Notes: a model not told the origin generated them from the sequence alone. A DNA stretch of 64,000 bases from Sphaerodactylus townsendi (GCF_021028975.2 NC_059439.1:26350001-26414000), one strand, 5' to 3'. Shown: positions 34,589 to 48,073, counted from the first letter of the stretch. Numbers and translations: made by a program.

Positions 34589-36078
34589 CTTTCTCTCCTG
34601 TAAGGAATCTCAAGGTGGCTTATAAGCTCCTTTCCCTTCCTCTCCTCACAACAGGCCCCTTGTGAGGTAGGTGGGGCTAAGAGAGTTTTGGAAGAACTGT
34701 GACTGGCCCAAGGTCACCCAGCAGGAATGTAGGAGTGCAGAAACACATCTGGTTCACCAGATCAGCCTCTGCCCCTCAGGTGGAGGAGTGGGGAATCAAA
34801 CCCGGTTCTCCAGATTAGAATCCACCTGCTCTTAACCACTACACCGCGCTGGCTCTCAGTAAACTTGATATGAACCAATTGGGATTCGGTCTAGGCTACT
34901 CGCATGCAATAGATGTAAGATTAGTTTAATAAATCTAGCAAGATGATAGCTGTAGTTAATTGTCGCAGTTCTTGTCTTTTGTTTGCTTATTGTCTGCCTT
35001 TCATACTGAGGCTCCAGGCAGATTACATAATGTCAGGCAGTAAAATCAGTAGGATAAGGAGGCACCTAATACACAATGTAATAGGAGTAGGTTTGCAGAA
35101 ATTTGAACCAAGCCTGTAGATATGGAACATGACATGTTAAAGAACGCAAGAAACAGTATCAGGGGTGGAAAGCGCTGTCAACCCGCAGTTGACTTATGCT
35201 GACCCTGAAGGACCCTCAAGGCATTTACAGGTGGGCTGCTGTTGGATCAGAGACCACCAAAGACCAAACCCTACACATCTCCCCCAGACATTTAAAAAAT
35301 ACAGCACATAACAAACAGGAATCAACCTTAACATTAAGGGTTTGGCTGATGGCTGCCAAGTTCAGGGAGCCAGCAGGGTGTAGTGGTTAAGAGCAGTATC
35401 CACTCTAATCTGGAGAACCGGGTTTGATTCCCCGCTCTGCCACTTGAGCTGTGGAGGCTTGTCTGGGGAACCAGATTAGCTTGTGCACTCCAACACACGC
35501 CAGCTGAGTGACCGTGGGCTAGTCACAGTTCTTTGGAGCTCTCTCAGCCCCACCCACCTCATGGGGTGTTTGTTGTGGGCGGGGAAGGGAAAGGAGATTG
35601 TAAGCCCCTTTGAGGCTCCTTACAGGAGAGAAAGGGGGGATATAAATCCAAACTCTTACTACTACTACTACTTCTTTTCCCTTCCCCCTCCTCCTCCTCC
35701 TCCTTCTTGGGGTCTCATTGAATTTACGCCCGAGATCTGTGTATCTTAGGCATATATATCATAAATATAGTTGCCCTGATGGCCCTGGCTAGCCCAAACG
35801 TGTCAGAAGCTCACTGTGTTAATAGTTGGATGGGAGACATCAGGGATATCCAGTGCTATGCAGAGACAGGCAGTGGCCAACCACCTCTGAATACCTCTTG
35901 CCTTGAAAACCCTGTGAGAGGTTGTTGTAAATTGGCTGCGACTTGACAGAACTTCCCACCTCTGCAAATACAGGCCCCCCCCCCCCGTCCAGAGTGCTGT
36001 TCATACGCCCTCCTCCTTGTTTGCTTGTTAAAAGCCTGTTTGCTGCCTCAAATCCTCGGTGGTCTCTCACCTCAGGAC

Positions 36079-36660
36079 CAGTGGTGGGATCCAAAAATTT
36101 TAGTAACAGGTTCCCATGGTGGTGGGATTCAAACAATGGCGTAGCGCCAATGGGGCTGGGCGGGGCACAACAGGGGCGTGGCCGGGCATTCCGGGGGCGG
36201 GGCATTAATAATTTCTCTGTTACTGTAAAAAACTCTTACTGTAAAAAAAAAGTTCCTAATTTCCAGCTGGTATCTTTCTGTCCATAATTTAAACTCATTA
36301 TAGCAAGTCCTATCATCTACTGCCAACAGAAACAACTACTTCTCCTCTAATTGACTGCCTGTCAAATACTTAATACTTTCAAATTTTGTTTCTAGAAATC
36401 AAAAGAAGGAAACTTTCCTTAAACCAGGAACTTTACCCTAATTCTAAAACATGTTTTTAAAACAGCCCAACAGGGAGAATTATCCCGTTTTCTACCTTCG
36501 CTAACCAGCCACGTAGGAAACAACAGGACTTTATGATTTTTGGACCTAATGGAATTTCTAACGGAAAAGCAGACCCAATTAGTAACCCCCTCTCGGCACA
36601 CACAAATAATTAGTAACCCACTCTCGGGAACTGGTGAGAACCTGCTGGATCCCACCTCTG
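36079..36660. mobile_element. Non-autonomous hAT element
   Basis: TIRs; TSD CTCAGGAC. Confidence 0.9.
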
Positions 36661-37672
36661 CTCAGGACTAACCAGGTCTGACCCTGTTCAGCTTGTGTTG
36701 AGCTTCCACCATCCAGATCAGAGCAAGGAACAACATAATATGAGTAGAAACGCATAAGCAGCGAGAGCCCGATCAAAACATATGGCAATAGATAACACAC
36801 AATAGAGGCAAAGTCGTTTGTGTTTCACTCTGGCTTTGCAGGGAGAAACGTCCCAGGTTAGATCTCCTGAATTTCTAGTGCTTTTGACCACTGCTTGTTA
36901 CTCCCCTCCCCTACCCAATGACTACGTTCGAGTGTGTAAACATAATATCCAACTGCTGAAAACACTTTCCATGCACAGGGTTTATGGGTGGCATTTTGTT
37001 GTCTCTTGCCACCCAGGCCGAGTGGACTCGGGCTTGAACCAGACCTGGCTGAAACCCAGGAAACAGACCCAAGAAGTGACCACACAACAGCCTGAGTGTG
37101 CCCATTACTTTCTCCCGTGCCCCTCCAGGAGCAAGCTGAGGCCCAGCTTCGCCCAGCATACCCCTTCGGTATGCTTTTCTATCTGCTGCCCTGGTCAGAG
37201 AACAAGCTGTGTTTGTGCATCTGACAAAGTCCACAAAAACCTGGGCCGCAAATAAAACTTTTACCTTCGGTCCCCCTTTTCGCTGTTTGATGGCACCCCC
37301 CAGTGGACAGAGCTGGTATTTCACATGCCAGAGGAATGAAAAAAGCCACTTCCGCACATGCAGAATAATGCACTTTCAATCCACTTTCACCATTGTTTGC
37401 AAGTGGATTTGGCTATTCCGCACAGTAAAATCCAGCTGCAAAGTGCATTGAAAGTGCATTATTCTGCATGTGCGGAAGGGGACTTTCAGACCAGCTCCAA
37501 ACTAGTTTCTCTTCCAAACTTGTAGCTGTGCCGTCTTCTGTAATGACAGAGAACTCACTGCACCTCTCTTGCCCCTGCCTCTGGCAGAGCTAGCACCGTT
37601 CTGCTTTGCCAAGGATCTGTTGTACTTTCTTACACCTCCTTGCATTCTCTCTCTCTCTCTCTCTCTCTGCAG

Positions 37673-37755
37673 GGTTGCTCCTGGGCGCTATTCTGAGCAA
37701 CTTCTCCAAGGTCGTATGCAGAGACCTGCCCCTGAAGATGATCATGTACTCTGCG
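37673..37755 (+). CDS. ACP4: ACP4-like exon 8 (GLLLGAILSNFSKVVCRDLPLKMIMYSA)
   Basis: Resembles ACP4 GILLNAILANFSRV...LPLKMVMYSA. Confidence 0.95.
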
Positions 37756-38400
37756 GTAAGTCCTCCTCAGCTGAGCATTTCAAACGGCTGAACGGAAAGG
37801 CCCAGACAGTCAAAGTTCTCTAAGAAGAAGATTATATCCCCCCTTTCTCTCCTGTAGGAGACTCAAAGGGGCTTACAATCTCCTTGCCCTTCCCCCCTCA
37901 CAACAAACACCCTGTGAGGTAGGTGGAGCTGAGAGAGCTCCAAGAAGCTGTGACTAGCCCAAGGTCACCCAGCTGGCGCGTGTGGGAGTGCGCAGGCTAA
38001 TCTGAATTCCCCAGATAAGCCTCCACAGCTCAGGTGGCAGAGCTGGGAATCAAACCCGGTTCCTCCAGATTAGATACGTGAGCTCTTAACCTCCTACACC
38101 ACTGCTGCTCTCTAAGGATTCGTTTACCTCACTTATATTCTACTTTGCTCCCTGATGGGGATCCAAAACAACTAGCATCCCTTTCCACGCCTCCATTTTA
38201 TCACCACAACTCTGGCCCCTTCTGCACATGCAGAATAATGCACATTCAATCACAGGCAAAGGAGGTGGGTTGGGTAATGCCCCCTCCTCAAAAGACGGTC
38301 GAATATTATTACCAAACCTGTCACTGAATTGGAATACAGCTCAATTGATTGAGCGGGATTTTGATAGATGAACCTGGTATTTCAGGGAAGGGCAGAGCTA

Positions 38401-39040
38401 GAACATAAGAACATAAGAACAAGCCAGCTGGATCAGACTGGAGTCCATCTAGTCCAGCTCTCTGCTACTCGCAGTGGCCCACCAGGTGCCTTTGGGAGCT
38501 CACATGCAGGAGGTGAAAGCAAGGGCCTTCTGTGGCTGCTGCTCCCGAGCACCTGGACTGTTAAGGCATTTGCAATCTCTGATCAAAGAGGATCAAGATT
38601 GGTAGCCATAAATCGACTTCTCCTCCATAAATCTGTCCAAGCCCCTTTTAAAGCTATCCAGGTTAGTGGCCATCACCACCTCCTGTGGCAGCATATTCCA
38701 AACACCAATCACACGTTGTGTGAAGAAGTGTTTCCTTTTATTAGTCCTAATTCTTCCCCCCAGCATTTTCAATGGATGCCCCCTGGTTCTAGTACTGTGA
38801 GAAAGAGAGAAAAATTTCTCTCTGTCAACATTTTCTACCCCATGCATAATTTTATAGACTTCAATCATATCCCCCCTCAGACGCCTCCTCTCCAAACTAA
38901 AGAGTCCCAAACGCTGCAGCCTCTCCTCATAGGGAAGGTGCTCCAGTCCCTCAATCATCCTTGTTGCCCTTCTCTGCACTTTTTCTATCTCTTCAATATC
39001 CTTTTTGAAGAGATAGAAAAAGTGCAGAGAAGGGCAACGA
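38401..39040 (-). mobile_element. CR1 LINE 3' fragment
   Basis: EKVQRRATRMIEGLEHLPYEERL...LFSLERRRLRGDMIEVYKI. Confidence 0.92.
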
Positions 39041-39117
39041 GGAAGCTCTATAGGGTACACCCTGATCTTGTATAATCATATTTTGATCAGTTATTCCTGT
39101 TCTGCTGCCTGATTTAG

Positions 39118-39224
39118 CACGACAGCACCTTAATTGCCCTGCAAGGAGCACTGGGCGTTTACAACGGTCGTCCACCACCGTATGCCGCCTGCCACGGATT
39201 CGAGTTCTACCAAGAAAGCAATGA
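39118..39224 (+). CDS. ACP4: ACP4-like exon 9 with catalytic HD ([35 protein letters not shown])
   Basis: HD motif; close to ACP4 HDSTLLALQGALGLY. Confidence 0.95.
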
Positions 39225-41155
39225 GTAAGTCCACTTGGTTACTTCTGTTTAGAAATGTTGCGACTGGGTGTGTCTTGTGAAGATTATCCCTCCAATTAGG
39301 CAGAAGTAGTAGTTGTTGGCTTTGTAATGCGGACTTTGCTGGCACATTCGGAGAAACCAGACACTAGTACAGGATAGTGACTCAGCCTCCTGCCACAAAT
39401 TGTGTTTTAAAAAATCAAGTTTCCAGCTCTCCAGGCTAAGAGGAAAGGAAGAAGAAGAGTTTGGATTTATATCCCCCTTTTCTCTTCTGCAAGGAGACTC
39501 AAAAGAGGCTTACAATCTCCTTTCCCTCCCCCCCCCCCAACAAACACCCTGTGAGGTAGGTAAGGCTGAGAGAGCTCAGAAGAACTGTGAGTAGCTCAAG
39601 GTCACCCAGCTGGCATGTGTTGGAGTGCACAAGCTAATCTGGTTCCCCAGATAAGCATCCACAGCTCAAGTGGCAGAGCGGGGAATCAAACCCAGTTCTC
39701 CAGATTAGAGTGCTCCTGCTCTTAACCGCTACACCAGGCTGGCTCTCTAAGGCTATGTATAATGCCGATCTGTATTCAAAACCAGGGAAAGCAGGAGAGT
39801 CTCGATGCACTGAGGTCTTCCGGCCTTCCCATCTCAAGCAACAACACACATTTGCACACTTTAGAATAAGAACATAAGAACATAAGAACAAGCCAGCTGG
39901 ATCAGACCAGAGTCCATCTAGTCCAGCTCTCTGCTACTCGCAGTGGCCCACCAGGTGCCTTTGGGAGCTCACATGCAGGATGTGAAAGGAACGGCCTTCT
40001 GCGACTGTTGCTCCCGATCACCTGGTCTGTTAAGGCATTTGCAATCTCAGATCAACAAGTTCAAGATTGGTAGCCATAAATCGACTTCTCCTCCATAAAT
40101 CTGTCCAAGCCCCTTTTTGTTTTTGAACAGTTTGTTTTTGAATGTTTTTGAACAGGCCGCAGAATCCTGAGTTTTGTTTGAAGCAGCAGATTATATATGG
40201 CCTCAATCTCCGCCCTTTTTGTAGATTTCCCCCCCCCTTCCCTTTAGTCCCATGTTGATTTATATTTTATGCAATACATATTTGTACATTTTAATCCCCT
40301 TTCTTTAAAGAAAAGGGCAGTACAGATGGTTCCCCCGGAAAAGCTCCAAGAAATTCCCTGCCAGACGCCGAGGACTCGAAAAGATGGCTAGAGAAATCTA
40401 GAGAGGGCTAAACCATGACGGTTAAGAGAAACCTCCGTTTTCTAAGGCATGTACCTCCAAGGTGGAAGAAAGCACTCTTTCCCTGCTCAGAGGCTTTCCT
40501 CGAATGTCTGGTTAGCCTGTAAGCAAATGCTGGATCAGTCTGACTTTTCCATTGGTCCAGCAGAGCTTTTCTCATGTTCCTGTCCAACCACCCTTTGTGG
40601 TAGGTTAGGTCGAGAGCCAGCGACGGCCCCAGAATTACTCAGTAAGCTTTATAACAGAGTGGGGACTCGAAGCTGTGTGTTCCAAGGCAAACACTGCAAT
40701 CAGACCACAACTCTGGCTCTTTTCCTGTAATATCCCTTCCAGGAAAGGCAGAGCATGAATCCAGAGCCCTTAACCTCTGCCAGCCACAGGGACCCTTGCA
40801 GCCGTGAAATCGCTCGTCAGCAAAACTAGTTGCTGATGCATGAAGTGCAGAGCAGAGGCTAAAGGAGAGTTTGGATTTATATTCCACCTTTCTCTTGAGT
40901 AAGGAAACTCCAGGCTTGGCTTACAAGCTCCTTCCCCCTTCCTCTCCCCCCACGACAGACACCTTGTGAGGTAGGTGGGGCTGAGAGAGTCCCGTGACTA
41001 GCCCAAGGAAGTTGTTGAAAGTTTTTAGGGCTGGGCTAGAAGAAGAAGAGTTGGATTTATATCCCCCCTTTCTCTCCTGTAAGGAGACTCAAAGGGGCTT
41101 ACAAACTCCTTTCCTTTCCCCCCTCACAACAAACACCCTGTGAGGTGGGTGGGGC

Positions 41156-41664
41156 CAGAGGTGGGATCCAGCAGGCTCTCGCCAGTTCCCGAGCGTGGGT
41201 TACTAATTATTTGTGTGTGCCGAGAGGGGGTTACTAATTGGGTCCGCTTTCCCATCTCCACGCCCTCGCCTCCCCGAGAGGCATCCTGCCTTTGAACGTG
41301 AAGGTTCCATATAGCAATTGCAACTAATAATGTCACTCCCTGAACTGGGTTAATCCCTTTCAGGTACTGCAATTCATTGATTCTCAGCCTTTCGTACCTT
41401 TTATCTCACCAGTCTCTATCAAAGAACCTGTGTGTTTCACCATTGCTGTGTTCAGATTTGTGAGTTGGGGCATTTTCTATAATGTGATGATGATTTAGAA
41501 ATGACCCTGGTGCAAAAAAATTTGGGGGGGTAATCCCCCATGGGGGGGGCATCTAACTCAGGTTTTGCCCAGGGCTCAGGTTTGCCTAGGTACGCCTCTG
41601 CCCCCTTTGCTGAGGGGGGGCTGGCAAGGGAACCTGTTACTAAAATTTTTGGATCCCACCACTG
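41156..41664. mobile_element. hAT element nested in a SINE
   Basis: TIRs; TSD GGTGGGGC; internal sequence differs from sister copies. Confidence 0.85.
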
Positions 41665-41958
41665 GGTGGGGCTGAGAGAGCTCCGAAAAGCTGTGACTAG
41701 CCCAAGGTCACCCAGCTGGCGTGTGTTGGGAGTGCACAGGCTAATCTAAGTACCCCAGATAAGCCTCCACAGCTCAAGTGGCAGAGTGGGGAATCAAATC
41801 CAGTTCTCCAGATTAGAGTGCACCTGCTCTTAACCACTACTGCTCACTATGCAAAACTATGGTGTTTTGCTAGAAGAAAAACACCATATATCTGAGGAAC
41901 TGCGATCACTGGCGCCGAGGTGCGTTTTCAACTGCACTTCCCATTTTCTCCTCTCCAG

Positions 41959-42128
41959 TTCCTTCAGCGTGTCCATGTTCTACCGCAACGAAAGTGGTCA
42001 GCGGCTCCACACCTTAACCGTACCTGGCTGCCCCACGCCTTGCCCCCTGCCACTCTTCATTCATCTCACACATACGGTTGTACCCCAGGACTGGGATGCT
42101 GAATGTCAAAACCCTCAAGGAGGACCAG
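41959..42128 (+). CDS. ACP4: ACP4-like exon 10 (SFSVSMFYRNES...PGCPTPCPL...DWDAECQNPQGGP)
   Basis: YRN and PGCxxxCPL motifs; phase 2 to 1. Confidence 0.93.
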
Positions 42129-42646
42129 GTAAAAAGAGAGACTGCATTCCTGCCCTTTTCGTTTTGCCCTTTGGGGTAGAACAGTGGTGGCGAACCTATG
42201 GCACAGGTGCCAGAGGTGGCACTCAGAGCCCTCTCTGTGGGCACACGCAGAGTTCATCATGGGGGGGGGGCAGAAAATCACCCCCCCCCACGCACACACA
42301 CACACACCTAGGCTGACCTGGGCACGATCCTTTACCTGGGAGTAAGCTCAGTTGCTGGCAATGGAGTTTGTTTCTGAGTAAACCCAGCTAGGGTTGATTC
42401 ACCCATTCGAAGCATTGCACAGTTGCTTCCCCAAGCTTACTCCTGAGTAACGCGCACCTCGGAGCCAACCTTTTTTCCTAAACTAAAACCTCAGTGTTCA
42501 GGTTAAATTGCCGTGTGGGCACTTTGCGATAAATAAGTGGGTTTTGGGTTGCAATTTGGGCACGCGGTCTTGAAAAGGTTCGCCATCACTGGGGTAGAGG
42601 AATCCAGGACATTTCACTCCCACCCCTTCCTCAATTCCTCTTGCAG

Positions 42647-42732
42647 GACGCACTGTAACGGGGCTGGCTGTGATCGTCGCTCTGCTGAGCGTGGCGTTAG
42701 TTGGGGCGTGTGTCTTGTACTGGAGGAGGTGA
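42647..42732 (+). CDS. ACP4: ACP4-like exon 11, TM helix and stop (GRTVTGLAVIVALLSVALVGACVLYWRR*)
   Basis: Hydrophobic TM segment; phase fits; AATAAA at 43335-43340. Confidence 0.85.
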
Positions 42733-43751
42733 GAAGACAGACGAGCAGCGACAAGGAAAGCCCATATCGATAGAGACAGCCGTCTTTGTGTTTTGTGGGA
42801 AGTGCCGTTTAATAGCGGCCTACTAGCATGAGCGATACGGACGAACAGCCAAAGGTCAGCTCCTTTGCACTGCAGTAGGAGAGATTCAGTATAATTTTCT
42901 CTCTCCTCCTTAACTGCATACAAAGTTCTCCTTTCTTCCTCACAATAATCCCGTGACCTAGGGAAGGCTGGGACAACACGACCAGCCCAAGGGCAGGTAC
43001 CCCAAAAGTGATGTTTCTTCCTACACAATCACCAACTACTTCCCCTACTGATTATGCTCCTGTAACGCAGGGCAAGTCAAAACTTTAGCCCATCAATTGC
43101 TACGCTGCTGTAGGTTTACAGGAACTAGAGCTAGATATTGAAATCTTACTCCCGTTTCCAACAGAGCTAACAGATCTGTCTACGTTATTATTGCTTTTAG
43201 AGAACTCAGGTTTTTTTCTCTCATTTGGCAGCAAACTTTCTTAGAGTCGACTGTGATTTTATTTCTTTATGGCTGTTTTAATTTTTTAACTATTTATTTG
43301 TAGCGATGTCTACGTTCTGTTTTTCTCTCATGGCAATAAAGGCTAGTGAATGAGCGACTGTAAGAGTGAAAACAAGGCATCTGCCATAGCATGTCATTCT
43401 GTCTGTGGGATACCTGTGCATGCACAATTCTGTCTCCTGAATACAAACATTTCCCCAGCGAGCCAGTGGAAGGAGTTCAGGGCTTCTCTACGGGGGCATC
43501 TGGGCCTGATTCACGAAGGTAATTTTTAGCAATCAGGCCCTCTGTGCTTCTATTCAGTGTCTGACATTCCCATACACGCAGCTTCCCCCACAAGCAGGGA
43601 TTCATCGGAGTTTTACAGCGGTTCAAAGGCAACAAGCGTCCACTCCTTAACGCTGGCAGTTCTTAGAAAGGGGAGGAAGCGACTGGCTGGGAAAAACATA
43701 GGCCCCTTCCACACGTGCAGGATAATGCACTTTCAATCCACTTTCACAATC

Positions 43752-44111
43752 TATTGTCGAAGGCTTTCACGGCCGGAATCACTGGGGAGTTGCGTGGTTT
43801 CCGGGCTGTATGGCCTTGTTCTAGCAGCATTCTCTCCTGACGTTTCGCCTGCATCTGTGGCTGGCATCTTCAGAGGATCTGATAGTAGGAATGGAAAGCA
43901 AGTGGAGCATATATACTGTGAGATCTGAGCAGACTGGTGCTGAGTGGAGCTGACACTGGGTTGTACCTTTTGACCTCACAGTATATATACTCCACTTGCT
44001 TTCCATTCCTACTATCAGATCCTCTGAAGATGCCAGCCACAGATGCAGGCGAAACATCAGGAGAGAATGCTGCTAGAACATGGCCATACAGCCCGGAAAC
44101 CACACAGCACC
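43752..44111. mobile_element. Penelope-like element remnant as an inverted repeat
   Basis: Inverted pLTR-like arms; flanking 14-bp direct repeat CCACTTTCACAATC; sister hairpin at 46042-46258. Confidence 0.75.
43835..43877 (-). ncRNA. Minimal type I hammerhead ribozyme motif (Penelope-associated)
   Basis: TCCT-CTGAAGA-TGCCAGCCACAGATGCAGGC-GAAAC-GTC-AGGA: CUGANGA and GAAA cores, GUC cleavage triplet. Confidence 0.7.
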
Positions 44112-47100
44112 CCACTTTCACAATCGTTTGCAAGTGGCTTTTGCTATTCCGCACAGTGAAATCCAGCTTCCAAGCGGATCGAATGTGCATTATTCGGCAT
44201 GTGCGGAAGGGGACTTGGAATCTTGAGCACCTGTCCCAAGAACTGAATTCCCTTTCCAGGAATGGCGGCCTAGAAATCTAAAATAAATAAATGGCCAACC
44301 TGCTTGAAATAGGCATCCAGCATTAGAGTCAATGAACCTGTATACTCCCAGCAGACAGTCAACGGGTGTCACTATTCTTTCCCAGAAATTCATGCGGCAG
44401 ATCAAGGGTTAAATACGGGCCACCAACCCCCAGGGCTTCCCAACACTGAAAATTCTATCTCCATAAGAACATAAGAACTAGCCTGCTGGATCAGACCAGA
44501 GTCCATCTAGTCCAGCATTCTGCTACTCGCAGTGGCCCACCAGGTGCCTTTGGGAGCTCACATGCAGGATGTGAAAGCAATGGCCTTCTGCTGCTGCTGC
44601 TGCTGAGCACCTGGTCTGCTAAGGCATTTGCAATCTGAGATCAAGGAGGATCAAGATTGGTAGCCATAGAGCGACTTCTCCTCCATAAATCTGTCCAGGG
44701 CCTTTTTAAAGTTATCCAGGTTACCAAAAACTGTGTAATAACATTTTTATTGGAACCAACCAAAATAATACACATGCTTTTCAAGTTTTCTGGAACGTAG
44801 AAAAGGTGGGTAGAGAAAAATAATTCAACTCGGGCCCCTTGATGCTTCTTTTTTTACCTCCTGGGTAGAACGTAAACAGATCTGAGCAGACTGGTGCTGA
44901 ATGGAGCTAACACTGGGTTGTACCTGTAGCATTCTGGGAAGGATGGATAAAGGCAGCTTCTGCGGGCAAAATGTTTCTTCAACACTGCACAGAACGCTCC
45001 TGGCTTCCAGAGGTTCTCATCTGGAGGCAGTCACTGGTCCGCTCTGAAATCAGAGCCAAACGGCACCTCTTTATTCCAACCTGCCTGGCATTTTGTGCAT
45101 AAAGCAACCGAGAGCCCTTAATATCAGATCTCGACTCCTGCTCCACCTGCAATTTTATTGAAGATTCCCAGGCAGGGCCACGGATCTTTGGCACCCAAAA
45201 CCGGTGTTGTAGTACTAACAGAATTTCCCCACGCGCACCAACGTGGCAGATCTGGAAGACTCCATAACCAATCTGCCGAGGGAGAAAAGAAAAAGTAAAT
45301 TGGTTAGCAAGGTAGAGTTCCCTGCAATTTTTGACCCGTCTCACAAGCAGTGCTACCAATTCCCTGTCCATGTTTTTACCCTGATCATCTTTGCCGTTTC
45401 ATGTGTCTGTCTGTTCCTAACTGCTTTCTATGAGTGGTCTTTGGTTGCCTCCTTTGAGCGGAGGCTGCTCAAAACTGAAAAGAACTACAGCAGGGGTCTT
45501 CAAACTATGGCCCTCCAGGTGCTCATGGACTACAATTCCCACCAGCCCCTGCCAGCATGGCCAAGTGGGAGTGCTGATGGGAACTGTAGTCCATGAACAT
45601 CTGGAGGGCCATAGTTTGAAGACCCCTGAACTACAGGATAGAAAACTGGCCACTCTCTCATTCTGCTCTCCCATATATTTATCCCACCATCCTGTTACCT
45701 CTACTCTGTAGGGCTAGCTGCAGATTACACATTAAGGAGCGATGCCCTAGTGCTGCTTTTCAAAGAGCAAAGCAGCAGGGGAGAGCTTTAACCCCTTCCC
45801 GGCTCTTTCCCATTCAAAATTTATCTCCCCCACACTGCTGTCTTTCTCCCATGCAGCATGTTTGCAAGAATTTGAAAAAAAATCCACGTTTACGTGGGAG
45901 AGAGCTGCATTGCTAATATTTCTCCACCCTAAATTCTCCCCACTTGAAAATGTGTTGTTGTGGTTTTAAAAAAAGACCCAAGTAATTACACCAATGGGTA
46001 CTTATGCTCACAAAATGAGTAATATTTAAACACATAATAAATTGTCGAAGGCTTTCACGGCCGGAATCACTGGGGTGTTGTGAGGTCTCCAGGCTGTATG
46101 GCCGTGTTCTAATAGCATTTTCTCCTGATGTTTTGCCTGTATCTGTGGCAGGTATCTTCAGAGGATCCTCTGAAGATGCCAGCTACAGATGCAGGCAAAA
46201 CGTCAGGAGAAAATGCTACTAAAACACGGCCATACAGCCCGGAAACCACCCAACACCTCAATAATAAATTGGAATACAATTCCATCTTTGTTTTCTCGGT
46301 AACAACTCAAATTATTATTAATATAGCTCAACAGGTAAGCATCTAGGCCAGTGGTGGTGAACCTTTGGCATGCCAGATGTTATGGACTACAATTCCCACC
46401 AGCCCCTGCCAGCATGGCCAATTGACCATGCTGGCAGGGGCTGATGGGAATTGAAGTCCATAACATCTGGAGTGCCAAAGGTTCGCCACCACGGATCTAG
46501 GTTATTTAACTAGAAACCCTCCGGATCCAATTTGAAAAAGAATCATGGTGTAATTAATTTGGTCTTTACCTGTTGTACATCTGCCTTGATTACTATGGTG
46601 TTTTTTTAAAAAAGAGGCATTTGGGCCTAATTTTTTTGTTGCACGTTTCCAAGCGGCCACAAAGAGGACACCTGCCAGGAAATTCACCACTAACCGAATG
46701 GCAAAGACTGCTTTAGTGTCTCCGGATCAAACCATTCTCTTTAAGACAGAAGAGGGGAATCCGTAGCTGTCCCCTGCCCACTTCAACACGCCCGTCAGAT
46801 TCAGAACCCCCTCAGTCTCCACGGGTGTCAAGTCCCTAGGAGGCACACGTGACTTCACGGTGTTCAGAGCCCAGTGCTGACATCATTGGGGGACTTCACC
46901 CTCGCCCTGAGGTTCTGGCTACTCCAGCATCCTTCTTCCGCACCTCTCCTGACAGCCTCACCAAGTGAGCACCAGCCCAGCTCTTACCTCAATTGGACAG
47001 CGGGTGCCCCAAAGGCAGCCATGTTCACGTGATGTATCTATCAAATCCAGTTTTACTTAAATGCTAGACCACAAGAGTGTGGTCCCTCAAGAGGGCAACG

Positions 47101-47509
47101 ATAACATCTTGGCCCCTGTCATTTCTGAGAATCCTTTTTTGCCCTTTCTTCATCACTTTCCTCTGGTGGATATCAATAACAGGTAGAGCTGTAGACTATC
47201 TGTATTTTTTTTACAACCCTTTGTCTTATACAAGAGAAAGGGGTGCCCTCTAGACACGTGATTCAGAAACGTGGCTTGCATTATGTCTCTCGGCTCCTTT
47301 TGCCCTCAGGAAGGGCAGTAAGAAGCCAGGGGGGCAGGGTGAATGGTACATAAAATAAAGGGGCGCCGTTTCCACCCCATATTATCAATGATCCATATAA
47401 AACCACAGCAAGCCCAGCTAAGAGCAGGAGAAAGGTTGGGGCTGGTGGGACTAAGTTTGGATCAACTGCGGGGCGACAAACGGGGAAGGTCGGAAGCGGC
47501 GGGCCTCTC

Positions 47510-48073
47510 TTAGCAGGCCAGGTCGAAGTCGTCCCTCTCCTGGTTGTAGTCCAGCACGTGCTGGCGGATGCGGGAGGAGTCGGTCCAGGTGATGAAGTCC
47601 TCCATGGCACGGGTGACCAGGAAGGCTGGGTCGGTCACCACCTCGGGCCCCACCCGCACATGCCCCTGTTCCACGAAGGTGACGGCGGCCTTCATGTGCT
47701 GGGCCATGCGGAGCTTGAGGAGCAGCGAGGGCAGGCGGCGGCGGCAGAAGGAGGAGGCTGAGACGCGCTCGCACTGTTCCAGGGAGTGCTTGGAGATCAC
47801 CAGCCCCAGGGCGTAGAGCTTCTCCAAGAGGGCAGTCGTACTGCGTGCCCGGAAGGCCGCCGACTCGGGAGCCTCGCCCAGGTCCCTGATACGGCGGGCC
47901 AGCTCCCGCACGGCCCGGCTCAGCTGGTTGTAGCGCGTGTAGTCTTCCCGGCGCTGCAAGCGATAGCGCCGCAGGATGCGCAGCTCGGCCAAGTTCCCCG
48001 AGGCAGCCTCCCAGTTCACCAGGTCGAGCTTCTTCAGCAGCTTCTGCTCATGGAATTTCAGCTTGCGCACCAT
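47510..48073 (-). CDS. IMP3: U3 snoRNP protein IMP3 (S4 domain), single coding exon, 187 aa
   Basis: [14 protein letters not shown]...SFCRRRLP...[11 protein letters not shown]...DPAFLVTR. Confidence 0.98.
   Translation of the reverse strand: MVRKLKFHEQKLLKKLDLVNWEAASGNLAELRILRRYRLQRREDYTRYNQLSRAVRELARRIRDLGEAPESAAFRARSTTALLEKLYALGLVISKHSLEQCERVSASSFCRRRLPSLLLKLRMAQHMKAAVTFVEQGHVRVGPEVVTDPAFLVTRAMEDFITWTDSSRIRQHVLDYNQERDDFDLAC

Noticed and set aside
38368-39075. 235-aa plus-strand ORF
   Set aside because: Antisense frame of a CR1 fragment
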